64,000 nucleotides of DNA from Octopus bimaculoides. Taxonomy: Eukaryota. Positions 41,801 to 54,800 of this stretch are shown in pieces. The stretch is from the NCBI RefSeq assembly GCF_001194135.2, contig NC_068981.1, positions 94,359,343 to 94,423,342 on the forward strand, read 5' to 3'. The translations under genes and the position numbers were made by a program. The stretch's first letter is position 1. Each line of letters starts with the position of its first letter. A model generated the notes under the pieces. It searched no databases. It saw only the letters and a program-made list of their open reading frames with translations, and had not been told where the DNA came from.

Positions 41801-44800
41801 AAAAAAGGTGTTACACCAAATGAACATGTAAAGAAGGGATAGTGTTTTTTTTCTGTTGGCTGTTGATTGCAGTAAAGATGTTTAATTTTTCAGTCACACT
41901 ACGAGTTGCATTTTGTACCTTGTATGTTGTAGGCTCTTGCTTGTGTTGCAATATTTAACTTGATGATAGAGTTATTGATACCACTGTCTTTCAGATATCA
42001 GATCAGTTTCAGTAACAATGTTGGGTTCTTCATTCTTTTGTTTCTGAATGTACAGAGGTATTGCATAAAGTGGGCCTTATATGTATTTATTGTGAGCCTG
42101 ATATACATTTTGATGGTGTCTCTGCTGTTGCATACTTCAACCATAAGTTCTTTACACAGCCATCTATATTCGAAAGGTGATTGTGACCAGTCACTGCAAC
42201 AAGTCTAACTGAGCTTGGTTTGACTTGTTAGTGAATATGTTGTTTTGTTGTGGTTCAATATTTGGGATTCTATGTTGCCAAGGCAGTTAAAGCTGACCTT
42301 GAAAGTGCACTTATCGAATATTTTATCATATGTATATAATCGAGGGAAGTTCTTTCTGTTGAGGGAAAAGTAGTATTCAGCAATATTGATATAGATAATT
42401 ACCACTGGATGTTTCCTTTCCCTAATCAATCTTCTGAACCAAAAATAGTTAGCATAGACTTCTTTGTGTTTAGGAGAGTACAAGTTGTGAGGCTCAACTT
42501 ATTAAATTACTGAAAATAATGCTCTAATAGTAATGAATTTAAAGAAATGAAAAAAATTTGTCATAGTATTGGTAAGCCTTCTCCTGATACCATGAAAACC
42601 ACTAACAAGGGTTACAGACCTGGTTTATTACAAACAGGCTTGCTAAAGGTGCTATTTACTACCTTTCTTTAAAAGTTACTTACAACTAAAAACAAAAAAA
42701 GAAAGAAAAAATTCGTGCTTCTAAGTAGTCCATGATTTTTTCCTTATTTATGCTGACATGATATTTCTACCTACTTGTACATGTATGTGTGTTTATATAT
42801 CTATAGTATATGAAGTTGTATTTCATTATGTTTGTAATAACTACTCTGCTTAGGTGCATATGTATGTAGACTAATTTTAGTGAGAGTGAAATTGGAAAAA
42901 TAAAGTTCAAAAGTAAAAATGCCAACTCATATGTACATACATATACATTTTTATCATAAGAAAGAGTTTTAATTTGATGCCATGCATGCATTCCTTAAAA
43001 GATACATTTTTCCGTATGAATTACATTTTTTATTCTTATGTGAATAATCTAGTCTTTCTGGATGAATATAACATTCCAAATCACCATAAATCTTTCCATT
43101 GGATATTTGATTTTATGTTATTTTTGTTTGATTTATTATCACAAAAAGCTTTATATCTATTTTATATGATTTGATGAAGTTGTAGAAATGTTTTAATGTC
43201 ATCAGTCATGGATGCTATACAACTAAGTAACTGTTTAGCTTTTTAAGTATGTATAGTTGATTTTGAAATTTTTATATATCTTCAAATGATATATTCTCAT
43301 TGCATAGAGAGGCACAGTATATTTCCTAGGGCAGTGTAAGTGTAACAGTTCAGTCTTGTATCAAGTAGATCAATATTGAAAATATTAGCTTACAACTTCA
43401 TGAATAATACTCTCTTTTCAGTTAACAAAGCAGAATATGATTAACCCATCATCATGAAATTTGTAAGATGCAATCAGAATAAGGTCTTATTAATTAGTTG
43501 GACAATTTTTCAGTAATCATCTTCTCTGAAACTTTGTCTCATTCTTCAGCACTGAATGTTTGGTTTATTAAGTCATCTTTTTGATAATCAATCTGCAACT
43601 ATTTCTGTTTATTGTCACTTACAACACTGCACACTATGAATGACAGATTGAGATGTTAGAGATAAATTTTTCAATTATTATGACAAAGGTAAAGTAGTAT
43701 ATCAAAAAGAAAATTATCTGAGATATATACTGTTGCTATTAAAATTTAGAAATTATATGAAAAAATGTGTGCAAGGTACAGGTATTTGTTTCAGTTATCA
43801 AATATTGTGCCACATTCATTTGGAACAAAACAAATCTTATTGCATCTTTATATGATTTAAGGAAGAAAGGCGTAACATTCAAATTGACATATGATTGTTA
43901 ACAGTTTTAATGAGGTGAAACAAGTAATTAAGTCCATAGAACTCATATATCACAATGAAAATTTGTATTAATCTTGACAGTAGATGTATGAAAATGGAGT
44001 TAAACATCCATTAGTTCCTGCATTGATAGAAAAATTGCTTGAAATAATTTTACCGTAACATATACATTGTAATTTGGTACAAAAGTGCTAGGATAAGGCT
44101 TTCTTTTCTAAATAAGTCATTCCTTTAGAAGCTAGTATTTCCATTACACATTATGTGTCTCTGACAAGGATCCAAGTGGCAGCATACATGTGAATTAATT
44201 TCCATTTTATTTGACACTATTTTATAAAGCAGTGTTTCATATATATTTATAGACAGAAACATGTGAGACAAAAATGTACATAAAGTATATGTTATAAAAT
44301 AAGAAGAAAATAAATATGTTGTACAAAATACAGCAGTGTTCTCTGCAGCAGTTTGCAATAGAGCTATTCTATGTTTTGCTAAGTTGGGCCTTATTTGACT
44401 ATTGTGCTTACAGCTAAACTACATCTGGAATAAGATAGTAGAATCCCATATCTTTGTCAAATTTTTTTGAGTTTATCTAATTGCTGGATGCTTAGAAGTT
44501 TTAAATAGACTGATGAACACAGAACACAGTTCAGAAATATTTACCTGTAATATGTTTCAGATTGGCATTTGCAAAGTCCCAAATCTTCTTCTGTGCATAG
44601 ATTTGCATATTTTGAATTGGAAGTACTGTTGATTTACTCAAAGTAGCAAAGAACAGCATCACATAAGCATTTATCAACTGGGGACTGCAAAAGAGAGAAT
44701 GCAATTAAGATTAAAGTAAATACCAGGTGAATGTAATATCATTAACAGATCGTAGATTAAGCAAGCAGTTACTGTCTTGAAAATTTAAAAGCTGATTTGG

Positions 44801-47800
44801 TAGACACTGCGGTGATAAATATGTTTGATATACACATTCTGATTGTTATTCTGAAAGATATACTGATTTGTTTGATGTTTCATGACTTATCTCAACTAAA
44901 ATATAAGAGCAATGATGATAAGGCATCGGGGATGATATTAACTTTTGTATTTCTGACTATTACTTGCACAATAAACATGAATAAGACCAGTGAGTCAGTG
45001 AGAAAATCTATTTATTTAAGGTTCTATAATTTTTGTGACAGTGTAATTATAGAAAACATGCAAAGATTGAATGAAAAAACTGTTGCTAATATCAAAAAAT
45101 GTTCACATACTTGGCAACTTTCTGCAGTAAATCTTTTTCTGTGATGTTGGTGAGCATTTCAGTAAATAAATCTATTGAGATGTTACTATTAACTCCCAAT
45201 ACAAATTTGGGAGGTTTCATGACCAATTCAGAAATCAAAACCTGTAATTCCATTTGAGAATTTGCATATGCTGTGTAGTCCACTGGTATCTGTTGGCCAT
45301 ATGAGTAATTTGCTAGCTGCATATACTGAAAAGATCAGATGAAATAAATAGATAAATAAATCATTGAAAACGACATTTGAATATATCTGTATGAGCATTG
45401 TATAACGGTATAAACAGATATCTATTATATACTGAGTACATTATTGATGAAATATTTAAAGTGTGGACGATAAAAAATCTAATTAGAAACAAATGAATGA
45501 CAAGGAAAATTGATATCAATTAATGTCTAATGTACTACAAATTTGTTTCTGCTAGGTATGGAATACAACAGCATTTCTGTTTTATTCTTATCACAGATGT
45601 GAAACTGAAGCACATATCTTACAATACTTCCTGAAGTAGTAAAATAGGAATCATGTATAATTGTAGAATAATGCATTTTTCTGATGCAGGAAAACAAATT
45701 TATTAGAAATTATATCTAGAGAGCCAACCTTCCTCAAGAAAATCCTTAAATAAGTGGCCTATTCTGGATTTGTTGAGAAACATGTTTTGTGATGTAGTAT
45801 ATTGTCAGTGGAAATTGCTCATGTAGTGCATTCAACACCTTTCATTTTTGTAATTCTTTAATGCAGAAGTAGTAAGATCATTAAAAAAAGCAGCATATAA
45901 GGAGAGCAAAGCAGTAGAAATGTGGCAGATTTGGGAATTCTCCTCTCAACCATTAGTCTCCAGATTAAATTAGTATATGATTACAATAACTTAAATTACT
46001 GTCAGAAATTTCTGACATTGATATTTACTTCTTGAGTATGTATATACAATATAAATTTTACCATTACAAACACAACATAATTAAAAGCAAAAAAACATCT
46101 TGAAAATGATTTCTCTCATTTTATCAAGGACATTGTGAATAGATCTTCAAGAATACATTGTAATGAGTTATTGACTTTATGGTATTTAGAGTAGTTTCAG
46201 GTTCACATTCTCAGGAAGAAAATTAAAGGGACATAGATATATTATCTAACTTATATAAGAGCTATGCAGAAAGTAAACGAGATATTTTTAGAAATGAATT
46301 TCTTTGAACTTTATCTAATGAAAGAACACTAGTTCACTGAGTGAATTTAACCAGTGTAGGAATGGATGCATGTTGAAACAAAATATTTTGTTGTTAATAA
46401 AAGGGAATGTAACTGGTGTTTTATTAATAAAAAAGTTACTATATTTCTATAAGATAATACAGTAATATACTTGATTAATGATGAAATAGATGTGGTAGAT
46501 AACAAAGCTAAAGAATATTTAAAATATTACCATTTCCATAAGACTGCTGAAGCCAGGAAGTGTTTTATTTACTTGTTGTAAGAGTTTTGCATAATCAGTT
46601 GCTGCTATCATTTGACATGCAGATTGTATATTCCTTGGATCATTGATGGATGGGAACAACTTTTGGAAAAGAGTTGCATTCTCACATATCTTTACCCATA
46701 AAGTTTCATCTTCAATAAATGGTAGAATCTGATGCAATAAAAAACAGAGGAATATGAAAGAATTTATAACATAGTGTAGACTTAAATTTTGTTTACTCCC
46801 TGTAAACGATAATAATGCTCAAGTTGTCTTCTGACAACATACTACTTGACAATCAACAGTGGTTTGTTTATCTTCCTGTAATTATGCAGTTCAACAAAAG
46901 AAACGAGTGGAATAACTGCCAGAATTAAAGAAAAAAAAACACTACTGAGGTTGATTTGTTTGCCAAAACACTTTGACACAGTGCTCCAACATGACCTCAG
47001 TCCATTCACTCATAATGTTATAACTGAAAAATAACAGTTAAAGAAAGAAAAGTTAATATGTATGTATCATTTGTGTGGAAAATATCTACTTACTCTTTCT
47101 GGATTGGTAAATATGTCTATAGCAGATGCAACCAATTTTGAAGCAACTTCAGGTGTAATTTCTACCAGTCCAAGCAATTTCCTTAATTCTGGAAACTGTA
47201 TGTATTGATACATATTGAATGTATCTAATCCTGGAAGAAAAGAAGGAATAACATAAGAGTTCTGAAAGAAGAAACAACGTTTCAATAAGAGCAGATTTAT
47301 AACAGCAGATGGTGATATCTGGTGAAATATTATTCAACTGAATAATACATCTGGATGGTTTTAATGAAGCAGGTATATCAGAGAATCAAATTTAATAAAC
47401 ACAGTCATTTTAAATATCTTAATTGAGTTGATTAGTGAGTGCACAAATATCACTCCTTTGGTCTTCATTTGTACGTTTCATGATCTGAGATATGAAAATA
47501 TCTGTATTCCATATGCAATATTGTTAATCTGTTTGGCAAAAATGCTCTGTATTTGTGTTTATAGTTTTCACTTTTGTAAGCTATTCTGTAATTGGTGATA
47601 GATGGGGGTTATGCAATAACTTGCAGAATAAGTTGATGAGATGATTTGTTTATAGAGTTGAAATGTTTGTGTTGTATATTAGCTCATTCCATTAGTGAAA
47701 TTGACATTACCTGTACAGGTGCATGGCGGGAAACATGTCAGACATCAAAGTGATTAAAGAGCAATGTGGAATGAAGTGTTTTGCTCAAGAACAACACTAT

Positions 47801-48789
47801 ATCACCAATCTGGGAATGAAAACCTTGACCTCCTGATAGTAAGAGCAGCACACTAACCACTAGGACAATACAATCTGTACAATAGAAGTAGTCAGACTGT
47901 CTGTGGAATTTTTGATTTTCTCAGACTGTTGCATGTTTAAAAGTTTCAAATAGATTAAAGAACAATGAATAATGCTCAAGAATACATACCTACAATACGT
48001 TTTAGATTGGGAATTAAAAATTCCAAAACCTTCTGTTCTATATAGACTTTCATATTTTGATCTGGAATTCCTGTTATATTCAATGTAGCCAAGAATTGCA
48101 TTACATAACCATTGATTATCTGAGGACTGAAAAAGAGGAAATGCATTGAGAATTAAATTGATGAATATTCTAGAATTGAAGTATTTCATTTAAAAAATAA
48201 GCAATAAAGATGTATGAAGTTGTGAAAATCAGTTAGAATAAGTAAAGCTAAATTTCCTTGATATAGTGTTTCTGATTTGTATTGTAAACAACGTACAGGA
48301 TGTATTAGAGAATATTTGTTCTGTTCTGAACTCAGTTTTAGAGTAATGGAATAAAACATTTTGTGGATGATATTATAAATGATACATATATGTATATACG
48401 CTGTCTGGGGGCATGGTGGTTATAGATGAGGGCTATATATGTGTGTGTGAATATATATCATCATCATCATCATCATCATCGTTTAACGTCCGCTTTCCAT
48501 GCTAGCATGGGTTGGACGATTTGACTGAGGACTGGTGAAACCGGATGGCAACACCAGGCTCCAGTCTGATTTGGCAGAGTTTCTACAGCTGGATGCCCTT
48601 CCTAACGCCAACCNNNNNNNNNNNNNNNNNNNNNNNNNNNNNNNNNNNNNNNNNNNNNNNNNNNNNNNNNNNNNNNNNNNNNNNNNNNNNNNNNNNNNNN
48701 NNNNNNNNNNNNNNNNNNNNNNNNNNNNNNNNNNNNNNNNNNNNNNNNNNNNNNNNNNNNNNNNNNNNNNNNNNNNNNNNNNNNNNNNN

Positions 48790-48829
<40 letters not shown>

Positions 48830-51800
48830 CAAATGTAGGCATGTGCATATGTATGGATGTATGTATGTACATCATCTTACCATTAGTTCCACAAGAAATA
48901 TGAATATTGGAAGAGAGTTTTACTGGGTAAATATATATAACAATTTCTCATTTTCAGAAGTGTGTTTATGGGAAAATGCAAAGAAAGAATAAAGAAAATG
49001 CTGAAAATATTTTAAAAAATACTTTTACATACTTGGCAAGTTTTTGCAGTAAATCCTGTGTGTTGTTGGTGAGCATTTCAGTAAATAAATCTATTGAGAA
49101 GTTATGATTAACTCCCCATACAAATTTGGGAGGATTCATGACCAATTCAGAAATCAAAACCTGTAATTTCACTTGAGTATTTGCATATGTTGTGTAGTTT
49201 ACTGATAGCTGTTGACCATATGAGTAAGTTGCTAGCTGCATATACTGAAAAGATCAGATGAAAGTGATAGATAAATAAATCATTGAAAATGATATTTGAA
49301 TATATCTGTATGAGCATTGTATAATGGTATAAACAGGTATCTATTATATACTGAGTAAGTTATTGATGAAATATTTAAAGTGTGGACGATTAAAAATCTA
49401 ACTAGAAACTAATAAATGATGAGGAAATCTGATATTAATCCATGACTTATATACACTATTTTCTTTTCTGCTAAGTATGGAATACAACAGCAAACTTATA
49501 TTTCGTCTGTATTCTAATGATTAAAAACTGAGTAATATCGAATTTATCTCTGGGAAATATATGACCTACAAAAGTTTAAGAGGTGTTTTTATAATTGGAC
49601 TTCATCAAATCATGTCAGATGAAGGAGAAAAAAATTTCAGTAAGTTAATTTAGTCAATATGGGATTGGAAACATGTTGAGATTTTGTTGATACTAGAAAA
49701 ACATGACAACTGTTTTATTAGCAAATTATTTAAAATGTTTTTACAAAACATTGAAGTAATACACAGTAAGCATTATTAATGATAAAACAGGTGCAAGAGA
49801 CAGAAAACAAAGAATATTTTAAAAATTACCATTTCCAAAAGACTGCTGAAACCAGGAATTGTTTCATTTACTTGTTGTAAGAGTTTTTTAAAATCAATTG
49901 CTGTTATCACTTGACATGCAGATTGTATACTGCTGTTATCTTTAAAGTATGGGAATAGGTTTTTGAAAACAGTTGAATTGTAACATATATTTTCCCATAA
50001 AGTTTCATCATGAATAAATGGTAGAAGCTGATGGAATACAAAGTGAAGAAACATGAAAGAATTTATAACATATTTTAGATTAAAGTTTTAGTTACTTTCT
50101 GTAATCATTTACAATGGTCAAATTATCTTCACATATAGATCAAATGGTTGTAGACATGGCTGTGTAGTTAAAGAGTTTAGTTGACAACCATATTGCTTCA
50201 TGTTTTATTCCTTTATTCCATAATCATTATGAATGTTCTTCAACTGAGTTTTTCTTAACCTCTTGAGATCTATACTTCAATAACAACTCAACCCTGTTAC
50301 CAGAATTGCGCACACATACACACACATATACATATGTACAGATGTTTATGTGTCTTCATATTGTGTGTATATATATATGTACAGTGTTTCCATGTATCTT
50401 CATATTGTCACCTTGTTACCAGAAGCAGAGACAATGTTTACGTTTCTATCAAGTAAGGCATCATGTCACTCTTCAGTTTTGTCATTTGTGAAAACCAAGG
50501 GAATAAGCAATTATCTTATTCAAAAACAAGCAAGTTTTTGCCCGCAGGGAGGTCATCAAACCATAAAATACTGCCTCAGAGACTCTCATCCAACCCATGC
50601 CAGCATGGAAAAAGTGAACATAAAAATACTGCTGTTGATGTTGATGAAACGTTTATATAATGTTTGTAACTCCTATATGTTCAATGTATAGCCAATAAGA
50701 TGTAGATTTTTTTAATGTTACAGAAAATATATTACATATATTTGTGCTTTATTTTTCAATTTTTGTATAAACTAAATTTTCCAGGGACAATAAGTAGTGT
50801 TACATAAATTTTTCAAAATTGATTAAAAGTTTTCAATCACCATAATTCATTTACTAGTTACTAATAACATGAATGTCTGTCCACTAATTTTTTTCAAAAT
50901 TTGAAGTAAAAAAAAATAAAACCTAAACATTCATTGCTGTATATTTCTGAATAATGATAGTAACAACAAGAAAATAATTGTTTATTGACTCCATATTTCT
51001 GTGTAAGATATCTACTTACTCTTTGCGGGTTGATAAGTATGTTCAGACCAGACTCAAACAATGCTGATGCAGTATCTGGTGAAATTTGAACCAATACAAA
51101 AAGATTCTTTAATTCTACTGATTGTATGTATTGAGACACGTTGAATGTATTTGTTTCTGAAAGAAAGCAAGAATAATGTAAGCATTCTAAAAAAACTACT
51201 GTCTTTTATAATATTTATAATATAAAATGATGGAAACTGGTGTTTATCAGTTGATTAAAACATCTGTACAGTTTTAAGGAAGAAGACATATGAAAGAAAA
51301 TATTTAATAATAGAAAGTAATAGTAATTTATTTAAGACCTTTATTTTAAGTATGTCAAACATATGGATGATTAACTGCACAAAATTTCCATTGCTGACCT
51401 CACTTACTTTGTTTGTGTTGTGAGATAAGGAAAGCAACTGTTGTTTTTAAGTTGACTCTTTATAGTATAATAATTTATCTGCTAGATGAAGTTTGTCTAA
51501 ATTTGACTGCTGTGTTTATGGTTAAGGCATATGAAAAATACAATAGCAGTAGTCAAAATTATAGTAGAAAATTATCTCTAGTTTATGAGTCTTTAGAAAA
51601 ATAAAGTCGATTAAAGAACAAAAAATACTGCTTGTCAATACATACCTACAATAGGATTTAGATTGGCAATTAAAAATTCCATAACCTTCTGTTCTATATA
51701 GACTTGCATGTCCATTTGTGATGGAAGTCCCATTGATTTACTCAGTATAGCAAAGAATTGCATTACATAACTACCCATTACCTGAGGACTGAAAAAGAGA

Positions 51801-54800
51801 CAGAGTGGTGGAAATTAAAACATTCATTAGATGAATATAATAGGAACAAAGGACTTAATATCAAATAAGTAATAAGAGTGATGAGTAGCAGAATTGTTAC
51901 GACATCAGAATAAATATTTTGCAGCATTTCTGATGACATTATGTTCTGAGTTAAAATGCTGCTGGGATGACTTTGCCTTTTGTCCTTTCGGGGGTTGATA
52001 AAATAAATACCAGTTGAGAACTGGGTTGATGTAATTGGCTTATCTCCTCCCCTGAAATTTCTGGCCTTGTACCAACATTTGAAACCAATATTGAATAGGT
52101 AATAATGAATTTTGAGAATGCTAAATTGATTTGTTAGGTCTTGTTTGAGTTTGATTTATATTCTCTGGTTCTTGTTCTGAAAGCTGAAGTGCACTGTTTA
52201 GAAAATTTGTATTATTTTCTGAATTAAATTATTGGTGTAACAAGTAGAAGGTATTGTGAGTGATATTAAATTATGAATATTTGTTGCAAAGGAAACATGA
52301 ATAGGAATAGAGTTTAAGTGGATATATGTAACTATAAATTGATATGATGACTTGTTTCTTAATGCTGTGGTGAGAACATTATGAAATGCATGAGTTGTGA
52401 GATACTCCTATTTTCTCCAAATAAATATTTCTTCATGATCTTTTTATAAAGTTGACGATAAGACATTTGAAATTCTGTAGTCTAGTTTGTTTGAAATTAC
52501 CTTTACTAATTGACTGTTGCAGTATTCAACAAAATGATCTCTGTTTGAGTGAGAAGTGTTTAATTCTACGTTTCAACTAATTATTTAGTCAACTATCAAT
52601 AATGAAGGGCAATTCTATTATCATAAATTTAATAATCCCTATCCTTTTAAAATGTTTATAAATAAGATTATCTTGTATTTTATATACTGAATGATTTCAT
52701 ATCTGTGTTGTTATGAATGTTTCAATTAAAGTAAATCAGATTTTTTTTATATATTTGACAGTGAAGTACAATTGATGTGTACATTGTTTTAGTAAATTAT
52801 ATATGTATAGCTTCTGTATTATTTAATGCTTGTAAACATCATAAATTGCATTGTGCATACTATTAAGCATTGGTTTTAAGTATATTATATATATATTTTC
52901 AAGTATTTAGTTCAAAGAGGAACAGCAGTGCTTATAGCATTTTTTCTATACTTTGAAAGCATTCTTGGGACAAAAGCTTTGACAAAGAGTTTAGCATGAA
53001 TTTTATCAAAAGGAGGGAGTCAGAAAAGATTAAAAAAAAAATAGAATAGTACACTGAGTATTTGTTCAGAAGTGCAGGAACTGTTGCAACAGAGCTAATG
53101 ATTAAGTGATTATATAGTGATTATAGTGTGTCAGTAGGTGAAAGATGGCTAATCTGTTCCATGGTTTGTTTTCTCAATGCTGCCAAAAATGGTTTTTAAT
53201 CAGCCATGCCTGCAGAAAGTGCAGGCTTTCAGAGACTTGTGAGATTGATGACATTCTGCTAAATTATTTTAAATTGATGACTGCAGTTAAGACATTCATC
53301 AGGGAGGGGATTTCAGAGGGATGAAGAGGAAGAACTGGGTGTGGTAGTTAGTTCAAAAGTTGTGAGGTTGGACACAATGTGGGTGATCAGAGGAAGAGAA
53401 CTGTTTGAATCAAGAGTTCCTGAGTAGAAGTAGCACAAGATGTGCCAGCTCTTAGGAGCATGGACCATTATAGTATTGCCAGAAAAGGGCAAAGAAAAAT
53501 AGACAGCATATCTGTGGAAAGATCAAAGGCTGAGGTATATCTGTAAGTGATGTTATGCTAATCAGTTTAACCAACTTTCCCTGGATGTAATTTAGAATAT
53601 TTTTGTAGAGGCAGCACTATCCCAAATAGTAATCGTTTGTCTCACTTGAGCTTTGTAGAAGGTTGGCAGTTTTAGGGTGATGAAATATTTTATATCTTTA
53701 AAGACAAAATTCAGTCTTTGAGGTACAGTCCAAACTATGTTAGGGATGTGCATTGACTATGAGAAATCCTCAATAATAATAAGGCCTAGTATTTGGAACA
53801 ATCATTATGATCTAGTTGCCTACTGTTATTGTTTAAGAGGGGTGAAGTAAGATGATGTTTTCTTGGGATGAGCAGTGCTTGTGTCTTTTTTTTTTTCCTA
53901 TTGAAGAAGATAAAATAAATATGTCACAACTGAAAGATATTTCTGTGAAACATTTCTCTGCAAGTCAACATAACACTAGTACAGATATATTCTTTTATTT
54001 TTTTTACTTGTTTCAGTCATTTGACTGCTTCCATGTTGGAGTACCACCTTTAGTTGACGAAATCAACTCCAGGACTTATTTTTTGTAAGCCTAGTATTTA
54101 TTTTATCGGTCTCTTTTTGCCGAACCACTAAGCTACGGGAATGTAAACACACCAACATCGGTTGTCAAGTGATGGTGGGGGGGAAAATACAGACACACAA
54201 ACATACATATATATATATATACATATATATGACAGGCTTCTTTCAGTTTCTGTCTACCAAATCCACTCACAAGGCTTTGATCAGCACACAGCTACAGCAG
54301 AAGACACTTGCCCAAGGTACCATTCAGTGGGACTGAACCTGGAACTATGTGATTGGTAAGCAAGCTTCTTACCACACAGCCATGCCAACATGAACAACAT
54401 TCTAATAGAGAATCTACAACAGTTTCAAAACAGATATTGTTTCTGGTCTTGAAAGAAAAACTTATCTTCTTTGATTCAGAGTTAGCAATGTTTAATGACT
54501 ATTTAAAAAAAAACTAGTTCCCAGGTAATGTGTTCAGGTAAGAATTATTATTGTTTTAAAAACTTGTCTTGTATGTTGCCAAAGACTTTGATACTTTTTA
54601 AAATTTGATATATTCTTAGATATAAAAGGGAGAAAAGCATTCATAAAAAAATTTATTTAGAATAAATCACGAATATGAAAATCACAATATAAGTGAAGTA
54701 ATGTTACAGATGTGTGTTTATCATGAGAGATTATCAAGAGAGATTATCAAGAGATTGTGAGGATTGGTATTTATAATAAATTTAAGTATTATAGGTACCT

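Noticed and set aside
47860-48189. ORF-track peptide [13 protein letters not shown]...
   Set aside because: Wrong frame. The phase-consistent frame is homologous to the other E2 exons.
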